A stretch of DNA of 61,564 nucleotides, filler included. It is 6 parts of 6 records of this genome, joined end to end, with 100 filler letters (N's around TTAATTAATTAA, not from the genome) between each part and the next. Parts side by side here need not be neighbours in the genome. Positions count along the whole stretch, not along the records: positions 50,144 to 55,935 come from SRR22947725_4013; positions 56,036 to 61,564 come from SRR22947725_4014; 4 more parts are not named here. One strand, given 5' to 3'. How positions within the stretch are numbered: the stretch's first letter is position 1; every line of letters starts with the position of its first letter. Below are positions 53,715 to 61,564 of this stretch, one piece after another. The translations under genes were made by a program, and so were the position numbers. The notes under the pieces were generated by a model, which made no database searches, was not told the DNA's origin, and saw only the letters and a list, made by a program, of their open reading frames with translations.

Positions 53715-54419
53715 ATGTATAAGCTTTCAATCTCAACTTCAGGCTCATTTATCTCAGCTTGCCTTCATGAAGATAAATTAATTGGGAGCTTAATTTTTAA
53801 ATCTAGCCAAGGATCTACAAATTTGTTATTAAATGAAATAGATGAGTTGTTAATTAAAACACATGTCCAGAAGAAAGATCTTGGTGCAATATATCTTGAT
53901 ACAGGTCCTGGTTACTATACAGGATTGAGAATTGGTTACTCAGTTGCACAGGGAATAGGTGGAAGCTTAGGAATACCACTTGTTCCAGTAAATGGCCTTG
54001 ATTCACTTGCTTTTGCAGCACACACGAGTCATAGAAAAATATGTGCGATTATTGATATTAAAAGAGGTGAGTTTGCATTCTGTACCTATAAGCCGGTACC
54101 AGGTGGTGTCGTCAGAGAGACTGAACCAGAAATAATTAACTCTGAAAGCCTTAAGGCAAAACTGTCGGATGATGCAGAAAAAAAACTATTAGTTGGGAAT
54201 TGGGATGTTATACCTGAATACAATTTACCAAATGATAGCAATGCAAAACTTGCTGATCCGAAAGTAGTCACAGCTGAAACAATTTTTTCAGTTGGTGAAA
54301 GATTATTTCAAAATAATAAATTTCCAAATTTCAATGAAATATCAATAAATTATATGAGGGAGCCAGATATTTCACTTTCTCAATCGGCACTTGAAAAAAA
54401 AGTAGAATTTAATGATTGA
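53715..54419 (+). CDS. tsaB: t6A biosynthesis protein TsaB
   Basis: GPGYYTGLRIG; position in the tsaE-tsaB-rimI-tsaD cluster. Confidence 0.9.
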   Translation: MYKLSISTSGSFISACLHEDKLIGSLIFKSSQGSTNLLLNEIDELLIKTHVQKKDLGAIYLDTGPGYYTGLRIGYSVAQGIGGSLGIPLVPVNGLDSLAFAAHTSHRKICAIIDIKRGEFAFCTYKPVPGGVVRETEPEIINSESLKAKLSDDAEKKLLVGNWDVIPEYNLPNDSNAKLADPKVVTAETIFSVGERLFQNNKFPNFNEISINYMREPDISLSQSALEKKVEFND

Positions 54420-54855
54420 TCTAATAAATGAATGTGATGAACAACTAGCAAAAGAGTTAGAGATAATAGAAAATAAAATATTTGGTACAGCTTGGCCATA
54501 TCAAACAATTCAGTGCAAAATAAATAATCAAGAATTTAAATATTGGACCTATAAAAAAGATGAAAAGATAGTTGCCTACCTGGGTATACATTTTGTAAAT
54601 GACTTTATAGAGGTATTAGGCATTGGGGTTATTGAAAAATATAGAAAAAATGGGATAGCAAAAAATTTGATGAATGAATTTATAGAATATTTCAATACAT
54701 CGATGTATCAAAAAATTTTACTGGAAGTCCGTGAATCGAATAGTAAAGCAAAAAATTTGTATACAAATTTTGGATTTAGACAGATTTCTAAAAGAAAAAA
54801 TTACTATAAAACAGAAGATGCCGATATTTACCTAAAGGAAAAAATTTATGTTTGA
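54412..54855 (+). CDS. rimI: ribosomal protein N-acetyltransferase
   Basis: RKNGIA, LEVRESN..A..LY..FGF..RKNYY. Confidence 0.88.
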   Translation: MIDLINECDEQLAKELEIIENKIFGTAWPYQTIQCKINNQEFKYWTYKKDEKIVAYLGIHFVNDFIEVLGIGVIEKYRKNGIAKNLMNEFIEYFNTSMYQKILLEVRESNSKAKNLYTNFGFRQISKRKNYYKTEDADIYLKEKIYV

Positions 54856-55849
54856 AGATAAAGTAATTTTAGGATTCGAGACTAGTTGCGATGAAACTGC
54901 TATCGCAGTTATGAAGAATAATAAACTTCTGGTGAATAAAATTTCATCACAGGTAGATATTCATGAAAAATTCGGTGGGGTAGTTCCAGAAGTTGCGTCA
55001 AGAGCACATTCAGAAATGATACGAAACTTATTTCACCTATCTTTAAAAGAGGCTCAATTAGAACTCTCAGATATTGATCTTATCGCCTCAACTGATGGAC
55101 CTGGTTTAGTAGGGAGTCTTGTTGTTGGTTATAATTTTGCAAAATCTGTTGCTTGGTCCCTAGAGAAACCATTTCTTCCAATTGACCATATGGTCGGACA
55201 TCTGAGTGCACCCTTGATTGAGCATCCACAATTAGACCCACCATTTCTTTCACTACTTGTTTCGGGAGGACACTCCCAAATAGTTTTAGTTGAAGAGTGG
55301 GAAAAATACGAATTACTTGGGTCCACTATTGATGATGCTGCAGGGGAGGCATTTGATAAACTCTCACGATATTGTGGGTTTGGCTTTCCCGGAGGACCTG
55401 CGATACAGAAGTTAAGTGAAGGTGGTGATGAGTCAAAAATAGCTCTCCCAAGACCTAAAACTTCAGGGGAGTTTGACTATTCATTTTCTGGTCTCAAAAC
55501 AGCTGCTATGTATTATCTGAGAGACTTAAAAAAAGAGGATGAAGTTTCTAGAAGAGATTTTGCTGCCTCATACCAAGAAGCAATTGTAGATTCATTGATG
55601 GGTGTATTTGAAAGGGCTGTAAAAGAAACTAATGTTCCAACTATTTCTGGGGGTGGTGGAGTAATAGCTAATAGAAGATTGCGTGAAAAACTGGCCATTT
55701 TTGCTGAAAAAAATAACAAAAATATTTATCTACCCTCACCAATTCTATCTACTGACAATGCAGCGATGATATGTAGTGCAGCTCAAAAGAACCTTACAAC
55801 TAAAGACTTAAACATCAATGATGTAAGGCTTTCTTCAATAATTAATTGA
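54848..55849 (+). CDS. tsaD: t6A transferase TsaD
   Basis: ETSCDET, GGVVPEVASRAH, HMVGH, DDAAGEAFDK, DNAAMI. Confidence 0.96.
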   Translation: MFEDKVILGFETSCDETAIAVMKNNKLLVNKISSQVDIHEKFGGVVPEVASRAHSEMIRNLFHLSLKEAQLELSDIDLIASTDGPGLVGSLVVGYNFAKSVAWSLEKPFLPIDHMVGHLSAPLIEHPQLDPPFLSLLVSGGHSQIVLVEEWEKYELLGSTIDDAAGEAFDKLSRYCGFGFPGGPAIQKLSEGGDESKIALPRPKTSGEFDYSFSGLKTAAMYYLRDLKKEDEVSRRDFAASYQEAIVDSLMGVFERAVKETNVPTISGGGGVIANRRLREKLAIFAEKNNKNIYLPSPILSTDNAAMICSAAQKNLTTKDLNINDVRLSSIIN

Positions 55850-55923
55850 AAATAAAAATACCTTTATAAACGGCACAGTATTAAATTCACAATGTAACAA
55901 TAAAAATTTAGGAGGTAATGTAA

Positions 55924-55935
55924 ATGAATCTTCAA
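55924..55935 (+). CDS. groES: probable co-chaperonin GroES start (MNLQ), cut by the contig end
   Basis: Strong GGAGG RBS; groES follows tsaD in Actinobacteria; only four codons are visible. Confidence 0.45.
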
Positions 55936-56035
55936 NNNNNNNNNNNNNNNNNNNNNNNNNNNNNNNNNNNNNNNNNNNNTTAATTAATTAANNNNNNNNN
56001 NNNNNNNNNNNNNNNNNNNNNNNNNNNNNNNNNNN
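55936..56035. other. artificial contig linker
   Basis: N-run with TTAATTAATTAA. Confidence 0.98.
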
Positions 56036-57009
56036 CTATGGATAGAGATAATAGATGGGATAGAGTTAAAAAATCGTTTGATTTAATTGCATATGGAAAA
56101 TGTGAAAGAAATACCAACGATATTACCTCTGCCATTGAGGTTGCTTACAAAAACAACGAAACTGACGAGTTTATTTCTCCTACATTAATTGGTAATTATA
56201 GAGGGGTTGAAAATGACGATAGCTTAATAATGGTTAATTTTAGAGCCGACAGAGTTAGGGAATTGTTATCTCCTTTTCTAAACCCAAATTTTGATAAATT
56301 TAAAAAAAATAATAATACACCCCTTATTACTAATTCACTTGGAATGACTGAATACTCAAAAGAAATTTCACAATTTATGAAAAGTATTTTTGTCCGAGAA
56401 CAAATACAAGACACTCTAGGGGATGTCATTTCAAGAGCTAATTTAAAACAACTCAGACTTGCTGAAACTGAAAAATATCCTCACGTAACATTTTTTTTTA
56501 ATGGCGGCAGTGAAACTATTTGTCCAGGCGAAACAAGGATAATGGTACCCTCTCCAAAAGTTACTACTTATGATTTAAAACCAGAAATGTCTGCAGAAGA
56601 AGTAGAGTTTGAGTTAATCAAAGCAATTAAAGATAACATTTATGACTTAATCATTATTAACTTTGCCAATCCAGATATGGTCGGGCATACAGGAAATTTA
56701 AAAGCAGCCATTAAAGCCGTTGAAAGAGTTGATAAAGCCATTGGAAATATTAAAGCCGCATTAGATGAAACCGGTTGTACAATGTTATTAACTGCCGATC
56801 ATGGAAACTGTGAAATAATGTTAGATTCAAAAACACAAGTTCCACATACATCTCATACCTGTAACAAAGTCCCTTTAATAATGATATCATCAGAAAGTAA
56901 TTTAAAATTAAAAAATGGTAAGTTAGCAGACATAGCTCCTACGATCCTAGACATAATGTCTCTTGATATACCTATTGCAATGAATGGAAGGTCTTTATTA
57001 GTAAAATAA
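56036..57009 (+). CDS. gpmI: 2,3-BPG-independent phosphoglycerate mutase, 5' truncated
   Basis: MDRDNRW, NFRADR, AETEKYPHVTFFFNGG, DMVGHTG, ADHGN. Confidence 0.95.
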
Positions 57010-57106
57010 TTATATATAATAATAGATTTTCTATACTTGCTAGAATTATATTGTTCTATATTCTATAGAGAAAAAGTTAAACTTCAAAAATTTTGGGAAA
57101 GCGAAT

Positions 57107-58441
57107 ATGATAAAAATGTTAAAAATGAATAATAAAAAAACCATTTTATTTATATTTTTTATATACGCAATTATCCCTTTAAAAACAATTAACGCTGATA
57201 CTAACCGCCAGGAAACTTATAAACAGCTAAACCTTTTTGGTGATGTCTTTCAACGAGTTCAAGAACAATATGTTGAAGAAGTTACTGACAAAAAACTAAT
57301 AGAGTCAGCAATTTCTGGAATGCTGCAATCACTTGATCCGCATTCATCATATTTAAGCGCTGATTCTTATAAAGATATGCAGGTTAAAACCAAAGGAAAA
57401 TTTGGTGGATTAGGAATCGAAATTACTATGGAAGATGGCGTAGTTAAAGTAGTGTCTCCAATTGACGATACTCCAGCAGCTAAAGCTGGGATGAAATCAG
57501 GTGATTTAATCATAGGCGTGGATGGAGAATCTATAAGAGGTCTTACTATTAATGAGTCAGTTTCAAAACTTCGAGGGCCTGTAGGTAGCAAGGTCATCAT
57601 CACAGTCGTACGTGATAAACAAGACCCTTATGAAATTGAGATAAAAAGAGATATCATTAACATTAAATCTGTTAAACATAATATAATAAAAAATATAGGT
57701 TATGTTCGCTTAACCACTTTTTCAGACACTACAACATCTGGCCTAGAAAAAGCTATAACTGAGATTAAGAAAAACATTGGAAATAAATTTCAAGGTTTAA
57801 TTTTAGATTTAAGAAATAATCCAGGTGGTCTTTTAAATCAATCAATATCTGTAGCAGATGCATTTCTTAATCAAGGTGAAATTGTTTCTACGCAGGGGAG
57901 AAATGACGATGACACATCAAGAGTATTTGCAAAAAAAGGTGATCTTATCAATGGCCAACCCTTAGTTGTTTTAATTAATAGTGGATCAGCTTCGGCAAGT
58001 GAGATTGTAGCAGGTGCTTTAAAAGATCACTCTAGAGCAATAATTATTGGAACTAGAAGTTTTGGCAAAGGTTCTGTACAATCTATTATTCCTCTTGCAG
58101 GTAATGGGGCAATGAGACTTACAACAGCCAGATATTTTACACCAAGTGGAATATCTATACAAGCTAAAGGGATTGAGCCCGACATTATTGTGGAAGCAGG
58201 CGCAACAGATTTTAAAAAGCCAAAAAACAATAATAGACGTGAGGAAAACCTAAGAGGTGCATTAGATAAGAATAAAAAAAGTAAGGAAACAGAAATTGAT
58301 AGTGATAGTGAAAAACCTCTAACCCCCTTAGAAAAACTTCTTCAAGATAATCAAATCTCTAGAGCAGTCGACATGATTAGAGGTATTAGCTTATTTAACA
58401 AAAATGAATTAAGTCAAAAAACAGTTAGTGCTAAAAATTGA
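57107..58441 (+). CDS. ctpA: S41 carboxyl-terminal processing protease
   Basis: LDPHS, PDZ GGLGI, DLRNNPGG, SASASEI, GKGSVQ; the exact start may be a downstream Met. Confidence 0.93.
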   Translation: MIKMLKMNNKKTILFIFFIYAIIPLKTINADTNRQETYKQLNLFGDVFQRVQEQYVEEVTDKKLIESAISGMLQSLDPHSSYLSADSYKDMQVKTKGKFGGLGIEITMEDGVVKVVSPIDDTPAAKAGMKSGDLIIGVDGESIRGLTINESVSKLRGPVGSKVIITVVRDKQDPYEIEIKRDIINIKSVKHNIIKNIGYVRLTTFSDTTTSGLEKAITEIKKNIGNKFQGLILDLRNNPGGLLNQSISVADAFLNQGEIVSTQGRNDDDTSRVFAKKGDLINGQPLVVLINSGSASASEIVAGALKDHSRAIIIGTRSFGKGSVQSIIPLAGNGAMRLTTARYFTPSGISIQAKGIEPDIIVEAGATDFKKPKNNNRREENLRGALDKNKKSKETEIDSDSEKPLTPLEKLLQDNQISRAVDMIRGISLFNKNELSQKTVSAKN

Positions 58442-58953
58442 ATAAAATTCTAAGTGAAATTCCAATTTCAGAAAGACCATACAGATCTTGTGTGGGTTTA
58501 ATGGTATTTAACAAAGATGGAAATGTTTTTTGCGGTCAACGGCTTGATAATAAAGCAGAAGCTTGGCAATTACCGCAAGGTGGAATTGATGAAGGCGAGC
58601 TACCTATAGAAGCAGGTTTTAGAGAGTTAAAAGAAGAAACCAGCATAATAAATGTAGAATTTTTGTGTGAATTCCCTGAGTGGATAAATTATGATATCCC
58701 TTTGCCTTTAGCAGATAGGCTCTGGAGTGGTAAATATAGAGGTCAATCACAAAGATGGTTGTTATTTTATTTTTCTGGTGAAGATAATGAAATAAACATC
58801 AACACTTTAAATCCAGAATTTAGAAATTGGATTTGGCTTAATCCTCTAAAATTACCCGAAAAAGCAATATCATTTAAAAAAGACGTTTATATGAAAATCA
58901 ATGAAGTATTCATCCCAATGTTAGAGAATTATATTTCAGCTAATATCAAATAG
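58438..58953 (+). CDS. rppH: RNA pyrophosphohydrolase
   Basis: YRSCVG, WQLPQGGID..RELKEET Nudix box, YRGQSQRW. Confidence 0.92.
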   Translation: MNKILSEIPISERPYRSCVGLMVFNKDGNVFCGQRLDNKAEAWQLPQGGIDEGELPIEAGFRELKEETSIINVEFLCEFPEWINYDIPLPLADRLWSGKYRGQSQRWLLFYFSGEDNEININTLNPEFRNWIWLNPLKLPEKAISFKKDVYMKINEVFIPMLENYISANIK

Positions 58954-58961
58954 GTTAGTAA

Positions 58962-60245
58962 ATGCCAACATCTAATAAAGAGTACGATAAACTTATTAAA
59001 AAAATTGATGATATTTTATTATCAATCAAAAACGAGCCTCAAAAATTTGAAAGTGTCTTTACCGAACTCTTTGATAAAGATTTTGAAAAAGGATTAAATT
59101 ATATAAATAGTTTAGAAACTGGTTTGCTAAAAGGACTAGTAATTTCAGTAAAGGACTTATTTGATGTTAAAAATTATAAGACTAGAGGTGGATCAAAATT
59201 TTTAAATAGCTTACCTGCTAATAAAGATGCAGATTGTATTGCTCTTATCAGAAAGGCTGGAGGTCTTCTCCTTGGTCATACAAATATGACGGAACTTGCT
59301 TACTCCGGATTAGGTATAAATCCTCATTATGGAACACCCAATAATCCTCTTTACAACAATTCAATACCAGGCGGCTCAACATCTGGAGGAGCAGTGTCGA
59401 TAGCTCTTGATGTAGCTGATATAACAATTGGAACAGATACAGGAGGTTCTACTAGAATACCGGCAGCCTTTACTGGAATAACTGGATTTAAGCCCACACA
59501 AGACAACATTTCTAGAAATGGATGTCTAACACTCTCATCAAGTCTCGATAGCATTGGTCTGATGGCTAAGAATGTTGAACTTTGTAGACAAGGTTATGAG
59601 GTCATGAAAGAGAAAAAAAAAGCAAAACAAAAGGCTAATAGTAAAGGTTTAAAATTTATAGTTCCTTCAAACTTTGGCTTTGAAAATATTGAGCCAGACG
59701 TAGAACTTTCTTTTAACTCTGCTAAACAAAAAATAATTGAAAACGGATATAATATTGTTGAAGAAGAATTACCAATACTCGAAACATATAAAAAAATACC
59801 ATTATGGCAATTTGCAGCCGTAGAATGCCAGGCAGAATATTTTGAAGCATACACAGAAAAAAAACATCTAATTGATCCAAATATACTTAAACGAATGGAT
59901 AGAGCAAATGATGTTATGGCTATCGAGTATAAATTATTACTCAAAATGCGAGAAGATCTGATAAAAGAATTTAATAGCTTTTTGAAAAACAATTTTTTAC
60001 TTATGCCAACTGTAACTATTAAACCACCTCTATTGAAAAAATGTGATGATCAAGAGTTTTATGACAAAGTCAATTTGATAACATTAAAAAATACATCATT
60101 AGCAAATTATATGAACGGATGTAGCTTGTCTTTACCATATTTTATAAATAATGAACCGACAGGTATTATGTTAAATGGTTCAACTAACAATGATGATAAT
60201 CTTTTAGAAATAGGTAGTGAATTTGAAACCATATTGTCGACTTAA
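58962..60245 (+). CDS. amidase signature family protein
   Basis: VKDLF, PGGSTSG, GTDTGGSTRIPAA. Confidence 0.9.
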   Translation: MPTSNKEYDKLIKKIDDILLSIKNEPQKFESVFTELFDKDFEKGLNYINSLETGLLKGLVISVKDLFDVKNYKTRGGSKFLNSLPANKDADCIALIRKAGGLLLGHTNMTELAYSGLGINPHYGTPNNPLYNNSIPGGSTSGGAVSIALDVADITIGTDTGGSTRIPAAFTGITGFKPTQDNISRNGCLTLSSSLDSIGLMAKNVELCRQGYEVMKEKKKAKQKANSKGLKFIVPSNFGFENIEPDVELSFNSAKQKIIENGYNIVEEELPILETYKKIPLWQFAAVECQAEYFEAYTEKKHLIDPNILKRMDRANDVMAIEYKLLLKMREDLIKEFNSFLKNNFLLMPTVTIKPPLLKKCDDQEFYDKVNLITLKNTSLANYMNGCSLSLPYFINNEPTGIMLNGSTNNDDNLLEIGSEFETILST

Positions 60246-60258
60246 ATAATAGTGTATA

Positions 60259-60657
60259 TTAACCTATATTATCTAAAACAGCTTTCATAAATGATGAGTT
60301 CTTAATAGCCATTTTTGCAATATTTTGATCAGTATCATTTTCCTGAGATTTAAACCCGGTAAGCTTTTCTTCTAAAACCTGCTTATTAGATTTATCAAGT
60401 TTTTCGGCTCTTTCTGCCAATATAGTTACAGACGTCTCATTTATCTCAGCAATGCCGCCATCTATCATAATTCTAGAAACAATTTTGTTTTCATTAAAAA
60501 TGTCAACAATGCCTCTATCAAGACTAGACATCACTTGCGAGTGTCTAGGCAGAGCACCTATATTTCCATCAGAACCTGGTAATACAACCATCTCAACTGG
60601 CTCAGAAACAAGAACCATTGATGGGGTTACTATTTCTAAATTAGTTGTGTCTGCCAT
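60259..60657 (-). CDS. atpC: ATP synthase epsilon subunit
   Basis: LEIVTP, PG..G..GALPRH, GGIAE, ILAE; downstream of atpD. Confidence 0.93.
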   Translation of the reverse strand: MADTTNLEIVTPSMVLVSEPVEMVVLPGSDGNIGALPRHSQVMSSLDRGIVDIFNENKIVSRIMIDGGIAEINETSVTILAERAEKLDKSNKQVLEEKLTGFKSQENDTDQNIAKMAIKNSSFMKAVLDNIG

Positions 60658-60681
60658 TGTAACCTCGCTATAAATTAATTG

Positions 60682-61564
<883 letters not shown>

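Noticed and set aside
55850-55923. CIRCE element before the putative groES
   Set aside because: No TTAGCACTC-N9-GAGTGCTAA match.
58962-60245. Amidase as gatA or as an inactive enzyme (GGSTSG variant)
   Set aside because: No gatC or gatB neighbours, and the Lys-Ser-Ser triad positions appear intact; treated as an ordinary amidase.

Overview
This window is not one locus. It joins six unrelated low-to-mid-GC bacterial contigs with 100-nt N spacers, each carrying TTAATTAATTAA (stop codons in all six frames). Taxonomic labels below are inferred from protein style and gene order only. (1) 1-18247, Verrucomicrobia/Opitutales-like: xth-ribD-rdgB, an EF-P with a QGRQA tip, a degenerate thymidine phosphorylase homolog, argS, a Ser/Thr kinase-rpoN-tsaB-alr run, a GH144-like gene split by TAA, and a PVC-type cytochrome c/DUF1549/LamG/DUF1553 protein. 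(2) 18348-28184, FCB/Marinimicrobia-like, bounded by two partial tRNA-Ser genes: yjjX, umuDC and two large surface proteins. (3) 28285-42782, Alphaproteobacteria: leuCDB, asd, sdhCDAB, zapE, mdh, sucCD, sucA. (4) 42883-50043, Flavobacteriaceae: rplU start, an M16 peptidase pair, gldD, gldE, recX, RNase E/G end. (5) 50144-55935, low-GC Actinobacteria (Actinomarina-like): glmS, alr, tsaE, tsaB, rimI, tsaD, probable groES start. (6) 56036-61564, Alphaproteobacteria: gpmI, ctpA, rppH, amidase, atpC, atpD. The best candidate for an undescribed system is in contig 2. There, a two-gene operon encodes a lipoprotein stalk ending in a cohesin-like domain and a secreted FG-GAP beta-propeller carrying a dockerin-like module. 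The pair sits between the tRNA-Ser(GGA) 3' end and a decayed copy of it, suggesting a tRNA-integrated, non-cellulosomal cohesin-dockerin surface display cassette. Other notable signals: a probable inversion or chimera junction at a poly-T tract in the gldE 5' end, a structured GC-rich RNA candidate at the left edge, and an unannotated ATA-start Gly-rich membrane peptide between glmS and alr. No CRISPR array or integrase was seen.
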